The notes under the pieces: generated by a model
The model's input: only the letters and a program-made list of their open reading frames with translations
Databases searched by the model: none
What the model was told of the DNA's origin: nothing
Virus record (IMG/VR): IMGVR_UViG_3300036779_000039
Location: 1 to 27,807 of that record
DNA: 27,807 bases
Origin: a virus
Lineage: Duplodnaviria; Caudoviricetes
Reading direction: 5' to 3' (one strand)
In this document: positions 8,883 to 17,427 of the stretch, in pieces
Numbering within the stretch: the stretch's first letter is position 1
How the letters are laid out: every line of letters begins with the position of its first letter
Program-made: the position numbers and the translations under genes

Positions 8883-10364
8883 AGTGGGCATGCCGGGAAT
8901 AGCGCCTTGGGTGGTGCCCATATGCGGTGGCCGAGAGACAAAGTTGGGTCTTTGCGGGACCGCCGCCGTGGGTTCGCCGCCTATGTCGTCGCGCTGCTGG
9001 AACCGTTGCTGGCCTTGCCGCGCCGCGTCGATCTGCTTGGCAAAATACTCATGCCCCTTCCACACCGCCACGTCCTTGGGGATGACGAACTCGTTGGCGG
9101 TCAGCATCGCAGGCACGTCGTCGGGCGTCTGGCCATGGCTGGGTGAAGCAGAACTCGGAACGCCGCCGCCCGGTGTCGCGTCGGGGTCGCCCGCAGGCGT
9201 CTGTGCAGGCGGTATCGGTGCGCTCGGGATGCCGGTCGCGCCGCCTCCCTGAGTGGGTGTGAGTTGCGGATCGGATGGCATGCCCACGTCACCGCCATCG
9301 TCGTACTGGATCATCAGGGTGCCAGCCGAACCGGGGATCGCAGAAACCTTGCGCGGATTGATCCTCAGTAGATCCTGCGCCATCGGCCCGACCACTTTGG
9401 GATAGTGCTTTGGGTCTTCCGCATAGCGATACGAATACAGGGGGGTGCCGTCCCGATCCGTGCCTTCGCGCTTGATGTCGGTCTTGTCTCGCTCGTCGGA
9501 CTTCATATACCCCATCATGCCCAACCCAGCGATACCGCCTATCGCTGACCCTAACCCACCCATCTCCTCCGCGCCAGCCTGCGCGAACTGAGCTTGGGCG
9601 CTGTTATAGCCATTGACGGCGTTAACATAAGAGTTCATGTTGTTCGCGCCAGCATTGTACCATGCGGTCGGAGCCGTCATCGCGGTCGAGCCGGTCGATA
9701 GGTTCGTGTCGGCAGTGGAAGCCGCGCCCTGCGCCAAATTGCCGGAGGTGCTCGCCGCTTGCGTGCCTGCGCCGGTCAACGTGCCGACCGAGTTGACCAA
9801 CCCACGCCCAGTGTTAATCGCGCCGCTCTCCAAGCCCATCTGTTGCAGGCGAAGGTTCTGCGAGGCTGTCGTCCCAGCCGCCGCTTCGGCGGCTCCCAAC
9901 ATCGGCTGAGCGCTGGTGTACAGCGCCGCATAACGGGGCGAGCTTGGGTTCACCCCGTAGGATCGCAGCGTCTCAGCAGCGGAGTTCAACCCCGCCGTAC
10001 CCTGCTCGGCCACGCTCGACATCGCCTGCGCTCGCGCCTGCGCCATCGCCTCCGGCGAAGCCCAGTTCTGCGCCTGTTGGGCGTAACTCGCTTCTAATGG
10101 CGCATAAGTCTGCTGGTATTCGTCCCACTGCGCTTGGCTCTCAGCTTGGCTCTGCGCCAGCGATTGTTGTTCTTGGGTAGAGAGCGCGATCTGCGCCTGC
10201 TCGGACTGGTCCATCAGCGGCTGCTCTTGGTTCCAGACCTGCTGGGTCCATTGCAACTGCTGCTCGCCCAACGCATACGCCTGCTGCGCGGCTTCGGCGC
10301 TGGCCATCGCTTGTATTTCGCCTGACTGGTCCGCGCTGCCCTTATCGCCGCCCATTGTACCCAC
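8880..10364 (-). CDS. Internal virion (DNA pilot/ejection-like) protein with internal Peptidase_S74-like domain; start may be ATG 10355
   Basis: Gln/Ala-rich helical N-terminus, Gly-rich hydrophobic stretch (GGLGSAIGGIAGLG), then SDERDKTDI...LYSYRY...GPMAQDL, and C-terminal DDVPAMLTANEFVIPKDV. Confidence 0.75.
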   Translation of the reverse strand: MGTMGGDKGSADQSGEIQAMASAEAAQQAYALGEQQLQWTQQVWNQEQPLMDQSEQAQIALSTQEQQSLAQSQAESQAQWDEYQQTYAPLEASYAQQAQNWASPEAMAQARAQAMSSVAEQGTAGLNSAAETLRSYGVNPSSPRYAALYTSAQPMLGAAEAAAGTTASQNLRLQQMGLESGAINTGRGLVNSVGTLTGAGTQAASTSGNLAQGAASTADTNLSTGSTAMTAPTAWYNAGANNMNSYVNAVNGYNSAQAQFAQAGAEEMGGLGSAIGGIAGLGMMGYMKSDERDKTDIKREGTDRDGTPLYSYRYAEDPKHYPKVVGPMAQDLLRINPRKVSAIPGSAGTLMIQYDDGGDVGMPSDPQLTPTQGGGATGIPSAPIPPAQTPAGDPDATPGGGVPSSASPSHGQTPDDVPAMLTANEFVIPKDVAVWKGHEYFAKQIDAARQGQQRFQQRDDIGGEPTAAVPQRPNFVSRPPHMGTTQGAIPGMPT

Positions 10365-10379
10365 TCACTCTCAGAGTTA
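10365..10379. promoter_or_regulatory. Intergenic copy of the palindrome
   Basis: TCACTCTCAGAGTTA fills the gap between the GNAT and S74-like genes. Confidence 0.6.
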
Positions 10380-10382
10380 AGG

Positions 10383-10901
10383 TCATTGCATCATGCCAAC
10401 CGGCGCGAGCGCCGCAAGCGGTAGATCAATCGTGTTGGTGCGCTCTGGCGGGGCGAACTCGATGTAGGGCATCTTCATCTTGAGCCAGCGGCACTCGTCT
10501 CGCGTCATGCTCATCAGGTACATGCCGTTCACGTCGTCTTTGTGGTTGAATACCCCCTCGGCCAAATACTCGATCCTGAACCCAAGTTTTAAATTGATGT
10601 TACGCGCCTTGTGATTGCGCTCCGGCACCAGACCAAAGAGTTTTTGGACACCCAACTGGTTGAACGGGTAGTCGAACGCCAGATACAGCAAGGGTCTGGT
10701 GATCCAGCGCGGATTAAACCCGGCCATATGGATCTGGCACGAGCCGCCATTGCCCCAATAGTCAGTAAAAAACCCGCCGCCCGTGAGACGATCATTGCTA
10801 TCGTATTCCGCGATGCAATGATGAATGCGCGGCACGAACTGGATCATACAAGCGTGCGCGATTACCCGGATCGCGTGCACGTCATCAAACCTTATCGTCA
10901 A
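10383..10901 (-). CDS. GNAT-family acetyltransferase-like protein
   Basis: AFDYPFNQLGVQKLFGLVPERNHKARNINLKLGFRIE matches the RimJ/RimL-type N..A....KLGF motif. Position between nozzle and internal proteins is typical of podoviruses. Confidence 0.8.
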   Translation of the reverse strand: MTIRFDDVHAIRVIAHACMIQFVPRIHHCIAEYDSNDRLTGGGFFTDYWGNGGSCQIHMAGFNPRWITRPLLYLAFDYPFNQLGVQKLFGLVPERNHKARNINLKLGFRIEYLAEGVFNHKDDVNGMYLMSMTRDECRWLKMKMPYIEFAPPERTNTIDLPLAALAPVGMMQ

Positions 10902-11203
10902 GACGACAACTCCGTTATTCGTGCTTCCAATCGAGCAACCCGCTGCCGCAACGAAGCCACCTCGCTTTCCAGCTTAGCAACCGACGCGCCGCTGGGAACA
11001 GCGCCCTTGACGCCCAACTGCTGCAACCGCTCGTTGGTGACGAACACCTGCGCCGCCGACGAGGGAGTAAAGTTAGGGCTTGGCGACTGCGCGTTGATGA
11101 TCATCATCGTCATTGCCTGACGTATGGCGTCCAACGTCGCCCGCATCGATGGCGCATCGTTGCCCGGTGACGGAATGCTCGGGTAGATCGTCTTGCCAGC
11201 CAT
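10898..11203 (-). CDS. Small virion-associated protein with C-terminal coiled coil (start ATG 11203)
   Basis: TGATG overlap with the upstream stop; ends VAKLESEVASLRQRVARLEARITELSS. Confidence 0.7.
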   Translation of the reverse strand: MAGKTIYPSIPSPGNDAPSMRATLDAIRQAMTMMIINAQSPSPNFTPSSAAQVFVTNERLQQLGVKGAVPSGASVAKLESEVASLRQRVARLEARITELSS

Positions 11204-13494
11204 CAGGTCGCCTTGAGTTCTTTCACGCTGGAAGCGAACTTCGCAAACCGCATCGCAATCACCCCCTCGAATTGGAACTCCCATAGCTCGGCTTTGAAGC
11301 CGTTCAATCCCAGCAACACCTCGCCCGACTTCTGTATCTCGCGCACCAACTTAAAAACACCATCGGCGTATACGCGAACGATCAGATACTGTGAAGCAGG
11401 ATCGAACACCTGCGCCTGATCGGTGTTCCTCACTCCCAGAGTGAAGGTCACTTCGGGCGGCACGTCGAACAGCACCATGAACGCCTTGAACTGTTGCGGC
11501 GTAGTAAATCGAAACTTCTTGGTCTTCCACTGCCAAGAGCGCAACGTTGTAGTCCCCGGCGTGCCGACTGGCGGGTTCCACTGCATCACAGTGCCATTGC
11601 TCATCAAACCAAAGATCTGCCCCGATAGCTCGTCCGAGTAGGCATTGACCACTTGGATTGGGAACCGGATATAAGTGAACGGCACGTTGGCGACCGAACT
11701 GTCCAGCACGAAGCCATAATAGCCCAACCCGTCATCACTCGGGATGGGAGCGCCCTTGACGAACCCGACATAAGACGAGCCATATTTGGCCGCTGCCCAT
11801 TGCGGCGGCAGGAGACTGTAGTGGAACTCTTTCTCGTAAATCTGGAGAGTAATGTTCTCGGTGCCGCCCGTGTTCAAAAGTTGGATGCCATTGGGCGAAG
11901 CATAGTACGCGCCCTCGCCCGCACTTACTATGCTGCCGCGCGAAATGCACGGTTCGTTCGCCGTGATCTTGCCGATGGTCATGGTGTCAGGGGTGACGCC
12001 GGTCGCAATGAACGGTGAGCCTTGGGTCAAAATATTGAGCGACGTGCCATTCGCAGTCAGCCCCACTATCGGATAGTCCACCGTCAGCGCATACTGGGGT
12101 GGCCACGCATGCGGCAGATACGCCGCCGAGAACCAGACCTCGCGCGAATTGGCGAACCCGGCAGCGATGCCATTGGCCATCATCACCACGCCCTGCAAGC
12201 CAGCCGGGGGCGGCGCGAAGCCAATCGTATTGAGCACCAGATTGCCAGTGATGTTGGCGTCCAAGGCGCTATCGTGGATGGTCACCGTGCCAGACGGATT
12301 GATCGGCACCTCGGTGACTTGGTAGTAGGTGGCGTTCCCACTGCTATCGGTGACGGTGCGATAGAGCCGGTAATGGCCGGGGCTCATCGCCCGGCCCGTG
12401 TTGTAGCCCGCTGGCGGTTTCGGGATGACCACCACCCATGTGCCGGTGCCGTCGCCTGACGCGACCGTCGCCGGAGACGGCTGGCCTTCCTCGGCGAAAT
12501 CGTTGATGTAGGTGTAGACGTAAGCCCGCGTCTCCGGCAGGGCCGAGATGAACTGGATGGTGTCGCCAGATTGCACTCCGCCCGCCACCACCCCTGCGTT
12601 CAGCGTGGTGGTGGTCGCGCCAATCGCCGTCACTGTGTTGCCAGATACGATCTGGTTGGCGTTGTCGAACTGGAAGGTGTCGCCAGCGACGGCGGCGTTG
12701 AGCAGCCCAATGCTGATCACCACCGTGGTCGCGGTGACACTGGCCACCACAGTGCCAGCGAAGATGATCGCCGGGTTGGAGGTGCACGCCACCGTCATGC
12801 CGGGGACGATGTTGTTCGGCGCGGTGCCGGTGCTGGAGAACGTCAGGGTGGTCGTGCCAATCCCAGCCGCCAGCGTCACCGCTGCGGTCAGGCGATGGTC
12901 GGTCAGATCGAGCGCGTTCATCCCCACCAAGACGCCCGCTGAAGCAGGCGACGAGGCGAAGTTCAACACCGTCCCACCCACCGCAGTAGCAGCGTTGGTG
13001 GTCATGATGATCGAGGTCGCCGGAGGCGTGACGGTGACCGGCACAGTGGGATTGGGCATGCCGAGAATATAATTCGCATTCGCCCCGCTCGCGCCCGCTT
13101 GCAAGCGGGCGAGGGTGTTATACATCGGCCCCGGCGACGTAGCGGGCCAAGTCGGGTTGTCACTCTGAGAGTTATATTGGTCGCTGGGAAAGAAATAATA
13201 ACGATTGAAAGTGTCGCCCACCGTAGGATTGCGAATGGTGGTCATGAACGGATCGGGGTATTCCAACCACAACGATCCCGCCGACGTGAAGTCGGGCGGG
13301 TTGGCGTTGTTCAGCGGTATCCGGTAAACCTGTTGAGTGTCGGCGTATTCGGTTTGGTACACCTCGGTGGCAACCCGAAACCCCCGCACCTGCCCGCGAT
13401 ACAGCCACGCGTTCTCGGCGAGTTGCGCGTTGTTGTCGGGTAGGAGAATGGGATCTCTTAGAGGCAACATCCCGCTGAAGTCGGCTAGCATCAC
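11203..13494 (-). CDS. Tail nozzle / tail tubular (DNA stabilisation) protein with inserted beta-rich repeats
   Basis: 763 aa. FSGMLP...LLPDNNAQLAEN N-terminus, TRAYVYTYI...EEGQPSPA, VWFSAAYLPHAWP, PCISRGSIV...YYASPNG and WQWKTKKF resemble podoviral beta-propeller nozzle proteins; synteny agrees. Confidence 0.75.
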   Translation of the reverse strand: MMLADFSGMLPLRDPILLPDNNAQLAENAWLYRGQVRGFRVATEVYQTEYADTQQVYRIPLNNANPPDFTSAGSLWLEYPDPFMTTIRNPTVGDTFNRYYFFPSDQYNSQSDNPTWPATSPGPMYNTLARLQAGASGANANYILGMPNPTVPVTVTPPATSIIMTTNAATAVGGTVLNFASSPASAGVLVGMNALDLTDHRLTAAVTLAAGIGTTTLTFSSTGTAPNNIVPGMTVACTSNPAIIFAGTVVASVTATTVVISIGLLNAAVAGDTFQFDNANQIVSGNTVTAIGATTTTLNAGVVAGGVQSGDTIQFISALPETRAYVYTYINDFAEEGQPSPATVASGDGTGTWVVVIPKPPAGYNTGRAMSPGHYRLYRTVTDSSGNATYYQVTEVPINPSGTVTIHDSALDANITGNLVLNTIGFAPPPAGLQGVVMMANGIAAGFANSREVWFSAAYLPHAWPPQYALTVDYPIVGLTANGTSLNILTQGSPFIATGVTPDTMTIGKITANEPCISRGSIVSAGEGAYYASPNGIQLLNTGGTENITLQIYEKEFHYSLLPPQWAAAKYGSSYVGFVKGAPIPSDDGLGYYGFVLDSSVANVPFTYIRFPIQVVNAYSDELSGQIFGLMSNGTVMQWNPPVGTPGTTTLRSWQWKTKKFRFTTPQQFKAFMVLFDVPPEVTFTLGVRNTDQAQVFDPASQYLIVRVYADGVFKLVREIQKSGEVLLGLNGFKAELWEFQFEGVIAMRFAKFASSVKELKAT

Positions 13495-13508
13495 CGTGGG
13501 AATGACGA

Positions 13509-13895
13509 TTACTCCTCTTCACTCTCAGAGTTAACTGGCGCAGAGTGAGCACGACGCTGAAGGTGGGCGATAGCCTTCCTGCCAGCGTCCTGCTCAGCCT
13601 TCTTGCGTTGCTCGTTCTCCGTCAGCGCCTTTCGTCCCGCTTCAAGTTCGCCAACCGTCGTCTCGCTCAAATGGTCCTCCGGTGGAGACGACATCTCCGT
13701 CACCATATTCGGTTTTGGCGGGATGCCATGAATATTGAGTTGCAACTGCTCGGGCTTCTTAGGCTCAGCAGGAGGAGACGAAGTTGAAGGCGCAGGCGGA
13801 GATGCGCCGTGCAGCGGGTTAGGCTTAGCGGGTGTGGGTGCGGGTGGTGGTGCGGGTGGTGGTGACTTTGGAGTTGGGTTTGGGGGGGTCGCCAT
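13509..13895 (-). CDS. Hypothetical Pro-rich protein (likely start ATG 13895)
   Basis: GAGGAAG precedes ATG 13895; fits the operon. Confidence 0.6.
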   Translation of the reverse strand: MATPPNPTPKSPPPAPPPAPTPAKPNPLHGASPPAPSTSSPPAEPKKPEQLQLNIHGIPPKPNMVTEMSSPPEDHLSETTVGELEAGRKALTENEQRKKAEQDAGRKAIAHLQRRAHSAPVNSESEEE

Positions 13896-14094
13896 TGGTG
13901 TCTTCCTCTGCTTGTACCGGCGCTTCATACGCCGATACGGTTAGCTCGTCGTCTAGGATAGCTTGGTAGTGCCGGTTACCCTCATCGCGCGGGACGAAGG
14001 CTTCGGTCGGCCCCATAAGATCATCCAAGGTTTCGCCCTCGTCGAGCGTCACCTTGATCGTGGTTTCGTCGGGGTCTGTGTAGATGAGTTGCAT
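13825..14094 (-). CDS. Small tail-fibre-associated protein (assembly/chaperone-like)
   Basis: GAGGA SD upstream. FVPRDEGNRHYQAIL resembles the PxDxxNRxYQ motif of small genes that follow tail fibres. Confidence 0.6.
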   Translation of the reverse strand: MQLIYTDPDETTIKVTLDEGETLDDLMGPTEAFVPRDEGNRHYQAILDDELTVSAYEAPVQAEEDTNGDPPKPNSKVTTTRTTTRTHTR

Positions 14095-14105
14095 GGTGAG
14101 TGTCC

Positions 14106-15311
14106 TCAGAAGTCCGCATCCAAAGTCAGGGGACCGGCTGTTGCATTGGCAATGCCTGTCGCAGTAGCGACGGCAGACAACCTTATATGACTAGCTATCG
14201 TTCCGTTGACCGCCATAGAGCTTGCATTGCCGTAAGCCGGAGTCCCGAGTGACACTGTTGTTGGCGCAACGCGCATCGTCACCTGATAAGTGAAATCGCT
14301 GTAAAAAGTCCCGCCAGCCGGGGCGTAGCCAGCGCACAATACATTCGGATAAATCTGAAAATACCGCTGGCAGTCGATCAGATTGTCGCTGTACTTGCGG
14401 AACTCGGGTTCAGCATTCTGCGCCGCCGCGCCGACCATCAGCGCCACGCCGGTGATGTTAAGCGCAGCGTTGAGCGTGGCGACCGGATTGACGACGCCCG
14501 CAGCGGTAAGAAAATTTCCGGCTTGCCACGCATTTGGCGTCGTCGCGACATTGGAGCCATTGCCAAGATTGAAATTAAGAGTGAGTGCAGCGACGTTCGC
14601 CGCCACCGCCCACGTTCCCGCTGTATCACTGGGAATGTTGAGCCGAACTCTCGTCCATACGCTAGCGGGGAGCGCAAAAGTCGCCACATAGGAGCGAGTG
14701 GCCGGAACGTTTCGCAAGGCTGCCGCATAAGTCCCAGCGACTGTTGCTGTCGCCCAGAACTCCAACGTCACCGGCTGTGCATTGGAAGTGCCCCACATCG
14801 CATCGTTGAAATTATAGCCTTCGACGTAGTGCGACCAATAGAGAAGATCAGCCGCCGCCGGGGTGTAAGCCGTCGTCGTCGTCCACGCTAAAAAGTACTG
14901 AAAACCGCCAGTCAACGCTTGCCCCGGTGGTCCTACAGGGGATTGCCCGACGTTGCCCTTACTGGCGATGTTGGTGCCAAATTTCCAGCGGTCGATGATG
15001 TAGCCACCCGTAGTAGCAGGCGCGGCGATGATGGTGCCCCCGTTGCGTTGATCGACGCTCATATCGCCGTTGATGATCCGGTTGCGGTAGCGGATGTTCG
15101 TCGCATCCACATACTCTTTGGTTGATGCGTCAAGCGCGTTCACCGGATCACTCGCGAGAGTGAGTTCGCCGGTCATCGTGCCGCCCGCCAACGGTAAAAA
15201 GCCGCCGCCAGTCGAACCGGAAGTCCATTTGGCTCCGTCCCAGATCCACACCGTGCCATTAGGCGCGTTGAAAATTTGGTTGTTGGTTGGGGAAGTGGGG
15301 AAATCAAGCAT
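14106..15311 (-). CDS. Tail fibre / receptor-binding protein, paralog B
   Basis: MLDFPTSP..APNG.VW.WDGAKW, LPLAGGTMTG..STKEYVD, NRIINGDMSVDQR domain, LIDCQRYF before the C-terminal tip. Confidence 0.75.
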   Translation of the reverse strand: MLDFPTSPTNNQIFNAPNGTVWIWDGAKWTSGSTGGGFLPLAGGTMTGELTLASDPVNALDASTKEYVDATNIRYRNRIINGDMSVDQRNGGTIIAAPATTGGYIIDRWKFGTNIASKGNVGQSPVGPPGQALTGGFQYFLAWTTTTAYTPAAADLLYWSHYVEGYNFNDAMWGTSNAQPVTLEFWATATVAGTYAAALRNVPATRSYVATFALPASVWTRVRLNIPSDTAGTWAVAANVAALTLNFNLGNGSNVATTPNAWQAGNFLTAAGVVNPVATLNAALNITGVALMVGAAAQNAEPEFRKYSDNLIDCQRYFQIYPNVLCAGYAPAGGTFYSDFTYQVTMRVAPTTVSLGTPAYGNASSMAVNGTIASHIRLSAVATATGIANATAGPLTLDADF

Positions 15312-15313
15312 GA

Positions 15314-16408
15314 TCAGAAGTCCGCGTCGTAAAGTTCGCCGCTTATGCTCGACGCGCTATTCCCCGAAGCGGAGGTGCTCGCCGCCCAACGCGCCATCGA
15401 CGTAGTAAGAGCAGAAGTAGCAGCACCCACATTCGCACTACCGGCGAATGACTGGCCGCTAACTGTCGGCAGGCCCCGCATAATCACCGGGTAAGTCCGA
15501 TGAACTTGGAGCCCCAGACCCGCACCAGCGGCATAAGCGCCAGTCACGATGGTCCCGTCTGGTTTATAGAAGTACCTCATGCAATCGATCAGGTTGTCGC
15601 TGTACTTGCGGAACTCCGGCTCGGCGTTCTGCGCCGCCGCGCCAACCATCAGCGCAACGCCGGTGATGTTGAAAGTGCCAGTTTGTGCTAGCCGCGAAAC
15701 AGCCCCGGCGACAGTATTAAAACTGCCTGCCACCCACGCATTCGCGCTCGCAGTCTGATAAGTCGTACCAGCATCGATAGTAAATTGGACAAAAGCCGCC
15801 AGTGCGTTCGCCGCAACCGCCCATGTTCCCGCCGTGTCGCCGGGGATGGTGAGCCGAACCTTCGTCCACATCGCCGCCGGAAGCGTGTAGGTGAATACGT
15901 AAGAGCGATTTGCCGCACCATTCTTAATTGCTCCGGCATATGTTCCAGCGACCCCGCTATAAGCCCAAAACTCCAGCACAACCGGCTGGGCATTTGCTGT
16001 CCCCCATTGGGCGTCATTGAAGTTATAACCCTCAATACCTTGCCAGTAAGCAAAGAGATCAGCCGCAACAACGGTATACACAGTAGTTGTTTGCCAATTC
16101 AGACAGTATTGAAAGCCGAGAACGAACGTCGTCGCGATTTGTCCCAGGTTACCTTTACTAGCAACACTGTTGACGTTCATAAATTTCCACCGATCAATGG
16201 CATAAGCACCTGTTGCCGGTTGCGCAACTACATTACCCCCGTTGCGCTGATCGACCGACATGTCGCCATTGATGATCCGGTTGCGGTAGCGAACGCTCGA
16301 CCATGGGTTGCCGGTCCCGGTCCATTTCACCCCATCGAATATCCAAGCGGTTCCGTTGGGGGCGACGAAGGTATCGCCAGCGTTGGGCGAAGCGGGGAAG
16401 TCAATCAT
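15314..16408 (-). CDS. Tail fibre / receptor-binding protein, paralog A
   Basis: Same architecture as 14106-15311 (MIDFPASP, RYRNRIINGDMSVDQRNGG, EPEFRKYSDNLIDC) with a different tip. Confidence 0.75.
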   Translation of the reverse strand: MIDFPASPNAGDTFVAPNGTAWIFDGVKWTGTGNPWSSVRYRNRIINGDMSVDQRNGGNVVAQPATGAYAIDRWKFMNVNSVASKGNLGQIATTFVLGFQYCLNWQTTTVYTVVAADLFAYWQGIEGYNFNDAQWGTANAQPVVLEFWAYSGVAGTYAGAIKNGAANRSYVFTYTLPAAMWTKVRLTIPGDTAGTWAVAANALAAFVQFTIDAGTTYQTASANAWVAGSFNTVAGAVSRLAQTGTFNITGVALMVGAAAQNAEPEFRKYSDNLIDCMRYFYKPDGTIVTGAYAAGAGLGLQVHRTYPVIMRGLPTVSGQSFAGSANVGAATSALTTSMARWAASTSASGNSASSISGELYDADF

Positions 16409-17415
16409 CGTACTCTCCTCGCCGACAAGAAGCCGCTCAGAGTGGGGACGGAGCCCGAATAACCCACCCCGGCGTTGAGATAGAGACTGAGCGGCGCAGC
16501 CGTTGAAACCCGGCCCGATACAGTGAGCCCGCTCGATGCACTCGAAACGTTAGCAGCGCCGCCATACGTTGAAGCGAAGGCGTTTGCTCCATTGGGGGCG
16601 GTTGCAAGCACCCCCCAATAGCCTTGGAGGCCAGCAATCGCGGGCATCCGCAGGGTGCCGTAAACATCCCAGTCGCCCGCCGTGAGCGCCAGCGAGCCGA
16701 TATCCTTGCTGGCGTTTGAGGCCGCTGCCGAGGTCGAGGTGAGACTGGCGCTGAGATATTCACCAATCTGTCCCGCCGCCGCGTCCGAGCCGTCAGTCAC
16801 GCCCTTAAGCGCCACCGACCCGTTCATCGTTCCACCAGCCAAAGGCAGATAAGCGCCGCCGCTGAAATTGTTGGCAATCACCCACTGAGAACTGTTCGCG
16901 TCGGTGAACCAGATGTACGTCTGCGCCCCGACGCTATCGAACCACATGTCGCCGGGTTGCGGCGACGACGGCGCATTATCCCCAATGGTGACCGTCGCCG
17001 CGCTACTGGTGTTGTTAGCGACTACCCACTGGGACGTATTGCCGTCGTTGTAGTATACATAAAGCTGCCCGCCAACACTATCCCACCACAGCGATCCCAG
17101 CTGTGGGTTCGTTGGTAAACTATCGCTGACACTGACCGACCCGCCCACCTGCGTCCACTGGGAAGCATTGAACGCCCCGGCAGAGATCGCCTGCGTAGCG
17201 CGATAAAGCTGACCCGCCTGCACTGCGAAATCACCCAGCGCGTAGTTCGCCAATGTCGAAAAATACCTGACTGCGATCAGATCTTGCGCGTTACTCGCAG
17301 AGTTAACCACGCCAAGCTGACCATCCGGCCAGTTGACGTAAAGTTCGCCCGGCAAACGCCCGCTAGGACGATTGCCCGCGACATTGGAACGTAAAGTTTG
17401 AACCCGGTTAGGCAA
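16405..17415 (-). CDS. Tail fibre-like protein (TTG start)
   Basis: GGGAGG SD before TTG. N-terminal QTLRS...PGELYVN, two PxxPQxGxxWxDSVGxQxY...SQWVxANN repeats, YLPLAGGTMNG, GVTDGSDAAAGQIGEY. Confidence 0.75.
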   Translation of the reverse strand: MPNRVQTLRSNVAGNRPSGRLPGELYVNWPDGQLGVVNSASNAQDLIAVRYFSTLANYALGDFAVQAGQLYRATQAISAGAFNASQWTQVGGSVSVSDSLPTNPQLGSLWWDSVGGQLYVYYNDGNTSQWVVANNTSSAATVTIGDNAPSSPQPGDMWFDSVGAQTYIWFTDANSSQWVIANNFSGGAYLPLAGGTMNGSVALKGVTDGSDAAAGQIGEYLSASLTSTSAAASNASKDIGSLALTAGDWDVYGTLRMPAIAGLQGYWGVLATAPNGANAFASTYGGAANVSSASSGLTVSGRVSTAAPLSLYLNAGVGYSGSVPTLSGFLSARRVR

Positions 17416-17427
17416 TATTGCCTCCCA

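Noticed and set aside
14370-15670. Diversity-generating retroelement TR/VR pair
   Set aside because: The similar blocks are both coding and differ at synonymous positions rather than specifically at adenines; no reverse transcriptase is present in the window.
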